This document shows, in pieces, positions 1-11,618 of a DNA stretch of 64,000 nucleotides (the stretch's first letter is position 1; each line of letters opens with the position of its first letter). The stretch lies in assembly GCF_963921235.1 (NCBI RefSeq), contig NC_086123.1, forward strand, positions 37,200,001 through 37,264,000, in the 5' to 3' direction. The notes beneath the pieces are model-generated. The model ran no database searches and was not told where the DNA came from. It saw nothing but the letters and a program-made list of their open reading frames with translations. This DNA comes from Mobula hypostoma. Its lineage: Eukaryota. A program made the translations under genes and the position numbers.

Positions 1-282
1 TCTTAAATATAGTTCATAAAGTAGCCTCCACTGCTTCATTGGGCAGAGAAATCCACCTATTGCCTACTCTTTCAGAAAAGCATTTTCTCCTCATCTCCAT
101 CCTAAGTATATTCCCCAGAACCATGAGACCATGGTCCCTCGTTCTAAACTCACCTACCAGTGAAAACAACTTTCCTGTCTCTATCTTATCCATCCCTTTC
201 ATAACATTACGTGTTTATGTAACACATGTTTGCTTTGGATACTGCTTTAATAAGACCAGGTGCTTTTAACAAAGAAGGAAAC

Positions 283-288
283 TTTATT
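283..288 (-). terminator. CRYBA4 polyadenylation signal AATAAA
   Basis: tttatt on + strand, ~57 nt past the stop codon. Confidence 0.6.
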
Positions 289-344
289 TGCAGTTTTTTC
301 CCTGTCACTTTGCAGGTTAAAAAGGCACAGCTGGTGGTGCGTCG

Positions 345-492
345 CTACTGTTGGATCCTGCGGATGGATTGGATCTGGAAGGTGTGGGCGTGGGAGCCCC
401 ATTCTCGCCAGTGCTTGTACTCTCCACCGTGATGGTCACACTCCATGATGAATTGGTAGCCCCGGTAACCAGGGTACTGGTAGCACACCCAC
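345..492 (-). CDS. CRYBA4: CRYBA4 last exon (Greek key 4)
   Basis: ttttag|G TGG GTG TGC...; [48 protein letters not shown] then TAG at 347-345. Confidence 0.95.
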
Positions 493-3400
493 CTAAAAGG
501 GAGGGTAAGAAAAATTATTAATTGAGGCCGAGCATCTCAATCATTACTGTGGCATTGATTCTGAGGGGAAGAAGGTGGTGGTTATGTGGAACAAGCTACA
601 AGGTGAGGTGACAGAGGCAGATACTGTCAATACAATACAATACAACTTTTGACAAGGTCCCACACAGGAGATTAGTGTGCAAACTTAAAGCACACGGTAT
701 TGGGGGTAAGGTATTGGTGTGGGTGGAGAATTGGTTAGCAGACAGGAAGCAAAGAGTGGGAATAAACGGGACCTTTTCAGAATGGCAGGCGGTGACTAGT
801 GGGGTACCGCAAGGCTCAGTGCTGGGACCCCAGTTGTTTACAATATATATTAATGACTTGGATGAGGGAATTAAATGCAGCATCTCCAAGTTTGCGGATG
901 ACACAAAGCTGGGTGGCAGTGTTAGCAGTGAGGAGGATGCTAAGAGGATGCAGGGTGACTTGGATAGGTTGGGTGAGTGGGCAAACTCATGGCAGATGCA
1001 ATTTAATGTGGATAAATGTGAAGTTATCCACTTTGGTGGCAAAAATAGGAAAACAGATTATTATCTGAATGGTGGCCGATTAGGAAAAGGGCAGGTGCAA
1101 CGAGACCTGGGTGTCATTATACACCAGTCATTGAAAGTGGGCATGCAGGTACAGCAGGCGGTGAAAAAGGCGAACGGTATGCTGGCATTTATAGCGAGAG
1201 GATTCGAGTACAGGAGCAGGGAGGTACTACTGCAGTTGTACAAGGCCTTGGTGAGACCACACCTGGAGTATTGTGTGCAGTTTTGGTCCCCTAATCTGAG
1301 GAAAGACATCTTTGCCATAGAGGGAGTACAAAGAAGGTTCACCAGATTGAGTCCTGGGATGGCAGGTCTTTCATATGAAGAAAGACTGGATGAACTGGGC
1401 TTGTACTCGTTGGAATTTAGAAGATTGAGGGGGGATCTGATTGAAACGTATAAGATCCTAAAGGGATTGGACAGGCTAGATGCGGGAAGATTGTTCCCGA
1501 TGTTGGGGAGGTCTAGAACGAGGGGTCACAGTTTGAGGATAGAGGGGAAGCCTTTTAGGACCGAGGTTAGGAAAAACTTCTTCACACAGAGAGTGGTGAA
1601 TCTGTGGAATTCTCTGCCACAGCAAACTGTTGAGGCCAGTTCATTAGCTATGTTTAAAAGGAAGTTAGATATGGCCCTTGTGGCTACAGGGGTCAGGGGG
1701 TATGGAGGGAAGGCTGGGTTCTGAGTTGGATGATCAGCCATGATCATAATAAATGGCGGTGCAGGCTCGAAGGGCCGAATGGCCTACTCCTGCACCTATT
1801 TTCTATGTTTCTATGTTTCTATTCTTTAAATGGCATTTGGACAGATACACGGATAGGAAAGGCAGAGAGGGATATGAGTCAAACGTTAACAAAAGTGATT
1901 GGTGTAGGCGGGTATCACAACAGGAGGGTCAGTAGGGCCTGCTTCTGTTCTGTATGATTTAATCACTCTGAGAAGAGAACAGAGGTGGAGGGTAGCAGGG
2001 AGGATAATTGATTTGCTTTTGTAAAAGGCTAGCATGGGAAAGATGGGCTAGGTGGCCTTCTTCTGTGCCATATGATTCCACAATGAGGTAAACAGAATCG
2101 ATTAGTAGGTGTAAGAGACAGGATCTGGGACATCAAAATTAAAGCAGATGTGTCTAGTCCACCAGAAAGACCGGAACCTGGAGGAACACTTACGCGCCAG
2201 AGTGGATACGGAAGGAACCAACTTCATTGTTGCACCAACCCATGGCCTGCAGGGAAGGGTAGTCATCGCTCAGCTCCCCCTTCCTGCCCAGGAAGTTCTC
2301 CTTCTCGAATATGGTCATCCTGCATTCACGATGGTTCTGCAGAAGGGAGAGACCACATCAGCTCTTCAGGTAATTTCTTTCCACTGGACTCAAAGCAAGT
2401 CTTTCACCTGGAGCAGAAAGGCCGTGGTCCAGCTTTTTTGTTCACCATTGCAGTTCTCACTCCCAACATATGAAAGAATCTAGGTACCAAGACAATGGTT
2501 TTTGCTTGCCGATGACATAAATGTAATGGGAATGTTGATGTTCAGAGTTCAGGATGTACTTAAGCCTCATCACATTCACCCTCATTACATCCTCCAATAA
2601 TTCATCCAACTAAACCACAAGACCATAAGACACAGGAGCAAAATTAGGCCATTCGGCCCATCTCAACCCCATTCTCCTGCCTTTTCCTGTGACCTTTGAC
2701 ATGTTTACTAATCAAGAATCTATCAACAGCCACTTTAAGTATACTCAGTGACTTGTGGCAACAGATTCCACAGATTCACCATCCTCGGGCTAAAGGAACT
2801 CCTCATCTCCATTCTAAATGGACGTCCCATATTCTGATGCTGTGTCCTCTGGTCCTTGGCACCCCTACTATAGGAAACATCCTCTCCACACCTACTCTAT
2901 CTAATCCTATTAATATCCAATAGGTTTCAGAGGTAACCTCTCATCCTCAAACTCCAGCATTTACAGACCCAGAGTTATTAAAAGCTACTCATACATTAAC
3001 CATTTCATTCCCAGGATCATTCTTGTAAACCTCATCTGAACCCTCTCCAATGCCAGCATAACTTTTCTTAGATGTGGGGCCCTAAACTGATCACAATACT
3101 CCAAACGTAATCTGACCAATGTTTTATAGACCCTCAGCATTACATCCTTGCTTTTATATTCTAGTCCTGTGGAAATGACTGCTAACACACTAATTTCCTC
3201 CCTTACTCAATCCTGATGAAGGGTCTTGGACCGAAACATCAACTGTTTACTCTTTTCCATAGATACTGTCTGGCCTGCTGAGTTCCCCCAGCAGTTTGTG
3301 TGTGTTACTTCGATTTCCAGCATCTGCAGATTTTCTCATGTTCTCATAACCTGCAAGTTAAGCTTTAGGGACTCCTGCTCCAGGATGCCTAAGTCTCTTT

Positions 3401-6400
3401 GAACTTCCAAATTCTGAACTTACTTCCCTTTTTGAACACCCTGTTTGTTTAATTGACTTTACTTGCAAATCCCAACTGCAGAACCCTGCCTGGGTAAAGG
3501 AGTCTCCTCTGGACCGGATGGCTGTGTGCACAGGGACACAGGTGCACTTGTGAAAGTACTTACGGCGCAGGCGATTGGCCGGAAAGAAGTCAGCCTCTCG
3601 GTGTGGTAAGAATTGCTGCCACTCCAGCTGTCCCAGCGTGGATACTCGCCTCTCTCCAGGACGAACTGCTGACCCTGGAAGCCCGAGTGTTCATAACCCA
3701 CCCAGCTGTGGAGGAAGCATAGGAGTGTCAAAGGGGCTCCAAAATGGTGCGGCGGTCGCCCTGAGGCTCTCGGGGTAGTGTTGATCACCTTCAGTGGTGC
3801 AACGTAGTGTAGCGGTTAGCAAACCACTTTGTACATGACAAATAAAGATTATCTGTCCAATCTATCTCTCCTTTCCTCTACCCTCACACAGACCTTTTCT
3901 CCTCCCTTTTCCCCATCTCAAGACTTAGTCCTGCCTTGAGCTTGCTCTAGAACTGGGAAACTTTAAGTCAATCTAAAATATTATTTTCACTCCACATAGT
4001 TTCTCTCTGTTCATATGGTTTGAGTCTACTTTTGATTGCTCCTTTCACTGGTAATGAATTACATATCCCTGAGAATGTCCTAGCAAAATCATTTACTTGG
4101 ATTGCTTGTTGAGGGAAGAACATTGTCCAAGATTCTTGGGGCATTCTGTAATCTCCATGCAAAGGAGATTCTAATAACCACCTGAAATCCTGGACAAATG
4201 TGGAAGGAAAAGGGTAAAATCTCTCAGCCAATGCAGCTCTCCTTCAGAAGTATAATTGAGATTCAGCTCTGGCCTGGGAAAAATCCTTAAGCATCATACC
4301 CACCATTGAGCACATTTACACAGTACGTGGCCATGAGAAAGCAGCATCCATCAAAGACCCCACCATTCAAGCCATGCTGTCTTCTCACTACTACCATTGG
4401 GAAGGAGGTACAGGAGCCTCAGGTCCCACACCACCAGGTTCAAGAACAGTTATTACCCCTCAACCATCAGGAAGGAGGCACAGGAGCCTCAGGTCTCACA
4501 CCACTAGGTTCAGGAACAGTTATTACCCCACTACCATCAGGAAGGAGGTACAGGAGCCTTAGATACCACACCACCAGGTTCAGGAACAGTTATTACCCCA
4601 CAATCATCAGGCTTCTGAACCAACGTGGATAACTTCACTCACCTCTGCTCTGAACTGAGTCCACAGCTAGTTCCACAGCTACGAACTCACTTTTCAAGAC
4701 ACAACAAGTCATGTTCTCAGTATTATGTATTTAATATTTATTATTATTATTATACTTTTTGTATTTGCATAGTTTGTCTCTTTTTCACATTGGTAGTGTT
4801 TGTTTTTATGTAGTTTTTAATTGATTCTATTGTAGTTCTTTGTTCTACTGTGAATGCCTGCAAGAAAATTATCTCAGGGAGGTATATGATGACATATACA
4901 TACTTTGATGATAAATCTATTCTGAACTTTGTATGAGGAACCCATCCAGTGAGACCACAGTGATATACAGGGAGCCAGGATGGGAGGGATGGGGAGCTCC
5001 AGGACTTGTCGTGCTGGAGGGTGTTGATGCAAAAGGGAGGGCTGAGGATGTTGAAGGATTTAATTGTGAGTTTGAGAATTTTAAGTTCAGGATATTGAAC
5101 ATGTGGAACCAGTGAAGAAACGAGTGGCTGAAAGAACATAGAGGATGACTGAAATGATCAGCTTGTGGAGTGTTAAAGGTTTTCAAGGCTCAGAGGCTGT
5201 AAGGCTGGGATCATGGGAACCACTTCTGCCAACCTACTGGTTGACATTGTGAATCCAGGAGTGGGTTGGGGCTTTCTTTCTGCCTGTATTCATCCAGAGA
5301 TGGCTCTGCAGTGTCTGGGACCTTGGTGATTTTCATAAATTACTGGAGACTTCTGATCAGACCCAGAAAGTTGAACTTTGAAAGTTGCAGAACAGTTTTT
5401 GTTATGCTGAACAGTGTTTCAGGCTGATGGACTAAAAGCTGTGATTTGATCAATGTTGCCATCACCTTAATCAAGGTAACCTCACTGAGAGGTGTGCGCA
5501 GAGCTGGTTGCAGCTGTTGACAGGTGTTAACAGTGCAGATGCTGTTCCTGAGAACCACTTGTGTTTTCTAGTTAACCACACGAGCTGGTCCTCTCCTGAT
5601 TCACCATCTGTGTGAACCGTAGCCAGCATCTGCAGAAATCCATCAGTCAGAAGCTGTCTGATACAATTGCTATGCTGCTTTGGTTTACTTGGAATGTGGG
5701 TGACATTAGATCACTGCACAGTGTCCCTGAAAAGTGGTGGCTCGGGAACAACTGTGGCCTCCTCAGTACTGGAACAGCTGAAGTGTTGCTGCATTAGGAA
5801 TATCAATGGCTCAGAACATGCTGAAAACAACATGGAAGTTCTTCACAGAGTAAACCCAAGATCTGAAAGTGTCTGGGCTTTGAAATCAAGCGCCACCGCC
5901 CCAACCAAAGCCCAACTTTCAAAGGTCCAACTCTGGATTTTGTAGTGTCGAAGCACAGGGTGGGAATATGGACACATGAGTGAAGGTTCAAAGATGTGAA
6001 GGAAAACTAAAAAGAAACTACTTCAGAACATAGGACCCAGGGTATACAAGTTAGGACCGGGGTGGGGTTTGGGGTGGAGTTAGCAAGCACCTCTGCATGC
6101 ACCGGTCATTGTTAGTTTTTAGGAAAGAACAAGGTGCTAGAGCAACTCAGTGGATTAGGCAGCATCTGTGGAGGGAAATGGACAGACGATATTTTGGGTC
6201 CACACCTTCACCGAGACTGATTGGGTCCAAAACATTCCTCCACAGATGCTGCCTGACAGGTTGAGCTCCCCCAGCATCTTGTCTGTCATTCCACATTCCA
6301 CCCTCTGCAGTCCCTTGTGTTTGTATTGTTAGTTTCAAGTTTGAGATTGATAAATATTCGATACAGCACATTGGGTAGACAAGAGTGAGATAGGTCACAG

Positions 6401-9400
6401 ATCAGCCATGATCTCACTGAATCCAGGAACTGGCCAGTGGCAGCAATAGGCCTCTTCTCAGCCCTACTTTGTGCTTCAAAACATTTGTTCAATGGGTAAT
6501 CTACCTACAGGTTTGTTAGATGTAATGGAACTATAACAAGAGCCTCCGACAGATGGTCAGGTGCAGGTTAACTTAATTGTTTGAGTGTCCAGAATGTCAT
6601 ATTTCATAAATTAAGCCAAGAGTCTCAGGGTTGTCCTACTATTGTAAGTGCACTATTGCTCCTGTTGGATGGGGTTTGTCACATTCTTCACAATGTATTA
6701 TCTGTGCAGAGTTACCATGGGACATCTTGTTGCTTCAAGATTCTTGTTGCTGCCGTTGGTTTGAGGCCAGCTTGATGGATATAAAGAGCTGATGGGTGCT
6801 GGTCCACTCACCTCTCACCGGTACCTGTCATGGTGGAGCTGGTGAAGACTCTTGCTGGAATAATACAATAAACCAAAAGGGGCCTGTGCATGGCTTGAGA
6901 ATGTTTCTGTCGGGTCATGTGCCTCTCCCTCTGGTGGGAAAAAAGGTGCTGGTAATGAGAAAACATTACTCCAAGCACTTCATTGGAAGAAGGAACCTGT
7001 GGGAGTTACTGTTCCTTTCTCCATTCTCATTAAACACCCTTACCAGAGCATGGCGTAGTCCATCACCCTGACCAGGATCACCAAGGAGCATCAGCTTGAT
7101 ATGGGTGTCCTTGGCTCCAACCAGTCCACATGTTGCTACCCCAGAATGACAAGAGTTTGAAGGAGTTCTTAGGTCAACCACCTGCCCTGTTGGGTGCTGT
7201 CTTTCATTGATTCTATTTTGGTCATTGGATTTACTGAGAATGCCTGCAAGAAGGACAAATCTCAGGGTTGTACATGGTGGCATATATGGTATGTACTTTG
7301 ATTTGCTTTAAACTATGCACTTTGCTGAGATATGGGCTCTCCACAACAAATAGCTCAAAGCACTGGAGAGGTACCATCAACATCTCTGCAAAAGTACTTC
7401 TGGCAACTTCTACCCCTCCCTTTCTCTCTTTCTCCATCCCCATGTTGGTTCCTGTCTCACCCCTTCTCTTCCTCTCACCTGCCCATCACCTCCCTCCGAT
7501 GCCCCTCCTCCTTCCCTTTCTCCATGGTCCACTCTCCACATCTTTCAGATTCCTTCTTCTCCAGTTCTTGACCTTTTCCCCTCATCAGCTCCCAGCCTCT
7601 CAGTTCACCCCCTCCCCCACCCACACAACTCCCCCCCTCACCTGGTCCCACCTATCACCTCCCACCTTGTATTCCAACCCCCTTCCAGTCCTTATGAAGG
7701 GTTTTGCCCTAAAATATCAGCTGTTTAGTCTTCTTCACAGATGCTGCCTGGCCTGCTGCGTTTCTCCAACATTTTGTGTGTATTACTCTGAATATGCAGA
7801 ACCGCTTTTTTTCTAATCAAACAGTAAATGAAGTGAGCCGAGTCAGCGGGGTGTCTAGGGCAGCGGTCCCAGCAGGAAAAATCCAGTTACTCTTCTCCCT
7901 CTAGCGAGCCATCCATGTTGTCCAGAGATCTGACAAAAGACACAGACTCTGTTCCAGGTTTGGTAATGTTAAGACATCAACAGGAGGACAGGGAAGGGAT
8001 TCGCCTGGACGGACAAATCCAACATCCTGAGCAAACCCCGGTCCCATGATGGAGAAGGATGGTCCCATCTGAGAATGAAGAAGCAGCAATGTGAAGGCAT
8101 TGAGAGCTTCGGATCGTTTTGTCAGGAGGACAGGATGCAAATTGCAGAAGCACCATCCCACATCCCAGACTAATCCCTGCCCAGCTGAGCTCCTTTCACC
8201 CCTTGGCTCCTCAACCCTATCAGACTGCCTTCTGGTTCCATTCAAGCACTATTGTCTTTGAGCTGGATAATGAACTCATTGTCCCGCTCAACCCCACAGA
8301 AGTAGGATGGAACCAAGGCCTCCTCAATCCTGTGGGACTGCCTCAGAAGACGAAAATCTTTCCTGTGCGGAGCAGTCCGGTTTTTCCCGGGGGCTCAGAT
8401 ACTCACGCTCCACTTTCCACCTTCATCGAGCGCACGGTTTCAAATCCGAACTCCATGACATTGTAACATTCCGCTGTGAACTCATGCCGGCGGCCCTGGA
8501 AGCACTCCTCATCCCAGATGATGACCTGCAGGAGAGAGGAAGCCCTTGTAAGATCATTCTTCACCGAACCCTGCTCTGCGGTTTGCGAGGATGAAAGTGA
8601 TGCGAACGTCACCGTGGCAGAGATCTGCTGAACTAAACGGCTCGCTGGACCCTTTGAGAGGGAGCACACTCCCACTTCATGGCTACGGCAGATCGCTGCC
8701 AACTTCCAGAGAGTAATTAGAACTCAGTGCAGCCCAGGATCAGGCCCTTCGGCCCGCGATATCGGTGCTGACTGGGTACCAGTTCAAGCCGCATGTAGGA
8801 GCCACGGATCTATTTTGAGCGTTTTCATGATGGGTTTCAGTAATTTGTTATGTGGCTGGGGCGTGGTAGAAGCAAATATTCATATTCACACCTTGTCTTA
8901 AATTTGTTAGTTTAGTTGAACTAACAACCCGGTGAACCGGGAATGATATTTTAGTTGATCGCTTAATTATGCTAATTTGAATGCTAATTACTCTTATTTT
9001 GCATTATTGCTAATTAAGTTTTGTTAATTGTTTTTATCGCTATAAGATTATTAATTTTTGCTGGTTTGTTAATGAGGATCGAACGTACACTTTTCGACGG
9101 AACTCGGTTATTCGGAAGCGTGTTACACAGCGTTAACTCTCTCACTCGTCTCTCAGCAGTCTGGTTTTTTTAAATCAAGTAACCGCTACACCGCACATTC
9201 ACCTGTCCATTAAATTTGGGAATTAAATTCTGGACGTTGCCAGCAATGTCTAATAAATGAATAAATAATAATAAAAACACTAATTAGAAGGCAATCACAT
9301 TGCCGTGAGCTTGTGGTTTACACAGAGATCGGAACTGCTTTAGCATGGCAGGGTTCTTTCCCTGAAGGACAAATGGAACTGAATGTTTTGTTTTGACAAA

Positions 9401-11574
9401 CCAGCAATTTTACGGTTACGATTATTGATGAAGAATTTCTATTACTGATTATTTAATTAACTTAAATGAGATTCCCCAGTTGCCATGGCAAGGTTTTAAA
9501 TCGCGATCATTGTCCCGGTCTCTGCATTACCAGCCCCTGCTCTGGTTCAGACCCTGTTCAAGAATCCTACTGCAGGGCAAGTAGTAAGAAGTGAGGATTT
9601 AGAAATTTCAGAAGAGGAAGATCCTCAGAAATTCATTGGAATGAAATGTGCTGTAATCATTTAATGCTACTTTTAGAGTGTGTGAGGCCCAGGCTGTGCG
9701 GGAACGGCGCAAGACCGCGAACAGTAGGGCCTGTCTTGCATGTCTGTCTCGCTTTGGGCTGCAGGTGACTGGAGCCACCGAGCCCGACCTTGCAAAGAGT
9801 GAAAAGTAAAATAACGCAACTTTAAGAAACCGCAATCAAAAGCAAAAGACCTTGACTAGAGGGTTTCTCTATTGTTATCCGCACAGTGGGTAGACTGGCT
9901 TGAAAATTAAACGAAGAATTGTGTTACGAGACTCCATGGTAACTGTGGAGCTGAGAAACACTCACCGTGGAAATCCCACAGGGCCATCACAGCATACAGC
10001 ATCATATTGATGAAAGCTGTCACAAGAACTCCAAAATGATCGCCAAAGATTATATTATTGCAGGGTATGCCCGCTAAAACATCAAAGAGAACGTACTTTG
10101 AGTGAAAATCCATTTACTGTGGGTTTTAGCTTAGTTACTTGAAACAATTCGCTTTCTATGCTAGATATTATTTACCTCCAGATGCCTGCTGCCTGTGTTT
10201 ACATTTCATTCTGTGACTATTATTAAAGACTCAGCTGATGCTAATGCCCAACACTGAGCTTAAAAGAAACATACAACTGAGTGTCTGTATTTGTTATTAA
10301 CAATGGCTATTTCTTCCAGTAACACTCTGGGTCTGCAGAGGAAGGCAATGCTCGTTGGATGCTAACAAGAGGATGCCTTATCAAAATTAATCTTCGTAAA
10401 ACAGAAGTAATGCAAGAGGAATATCACCTAATAATGGTAAGTTCCCAGGACCAGATCATTTCCATTGTTGGGTATGAAGGAGTAGAAGAGAAGGTTGCAG
10501 ATACTGTGACCAATGTCTGAAAAAAGTTCCCTTCATTCAAAGGTTGTTCATTTAGGGAACCTTTGGGGTGTCCAGGTGACATGCTTCTTGTGTCCATTCT
10601 GGGGCAGCTCACTCACCTTTACCCCCAATGGATACTCAGCTCTCACCTGTGTCTCCAAGTAGCACGTGACAGTGGGCACACCCTGGTATGCCACTTTGTA
10701 AGGCGGGCTAAACCAGGTGAGGATAAACGATGGGCCTCATAGCCCAGCAAGATAGGAACGTGCCTGTCCTTGCATACAAAGTTAGCTCTGGTGGACTGGG
10801 AGGATGAGATCAAAGTTGAAATCCAACAGCCAGGAAGGCCGGTCAGAGCGAAGGGCATGGCAAGGCAAAAAAGAGGTCATATCACCCCCTACAACCAAGG
10901 AGAAATCCAGTTGTGACGACTACTCGTACCAAGGAGAACTCCAGTTATGACGACTACTCGTACCAAGGAGAACTCCAGTTGTGACGACTACTCGTACCAA
11001 GGAGAACTCCAGTTGTGACGACTACCCGTACCAAGGAGAACTCCAGATGTGACGACTACTCGTACCAAGGAGAACTCCAGATGTGACGACTACTCGTACC
11101 AAGGAGAACTCCAGTTGTGACGACTACTCGTACCAAGGAGAACTCCAGTTGTGACGACTACTCGTACCAAGGAGAACTCCAGTTGTAACGACGACTCGTA
11201 GTGCCAGACCTGGGCTTCTGCGGTCAGGAAAGTGGAACTATCCCATTATAAAGGCTTTTCCACGTAGATTGCTAAAGTGTCATTGCCAGATATCAATCAA
11301 TGAATGTTCATTTAGATTGGAATGTTGTTCACTTTGACTAGAAAGGCAAGGGGGAGAGTAGCCCAGAGAACTACCTTACCTCCATTGGAAGGAAATAACT
11401 AGAGGCTATATTACACGCTGACATCGTTTCTTTGCGGAAATGGTACCTGCTGTCAGGGTCTCACTACCGGCCGCTTTTTGATATGCAACAGACTTTTAAC
11501 ACCATAAATCAGCAAGTTGTTTTGTAATGTCTCCCCTTTCGCTGTGAAACGGGGACATCTCTTTTTCCCTTAAT

Positions 11575-11618
<44 letters not shown>

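Larger units (their letters stand above)
10565..11265 (+). mobile_element. Non-autonomous interspersed element (probably RTE-related) with a 5' HDV-like fold and an internal minisatellite
   Basis: Collinear paralog at 16346-16800; the RTE assignment is inferred. Confidence 0.6.

Noticed and set aside
675-1724. 349-aa ORF (and the 404-aa ORF at 42057) as host genes
   Set aside because: Both are 5'-truncated CR1 reverse-transcriptase fragments with LINE tails.
7268-7816. 182-aa Pro/Leu/Ser-rich ORF
   Set aside because: It is the low-complexity pyrimidine-rich part of a Penelope-type repeat; a similar tract lies at 23075-23290.
9059-9171. Y RNA or vault RNA gene
   Set aside because: It starts GCTGG and ends in a T run, but I could not form the terminal stems or find the conserved boxes. 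Kept only as part of an unexplained island.
10895-11200. CRISPR-like appearance of the 34-bp repeats
   Set aside because: Units are contiguous with no unique spacers, there are no cas genes, and the context is vertebrate.
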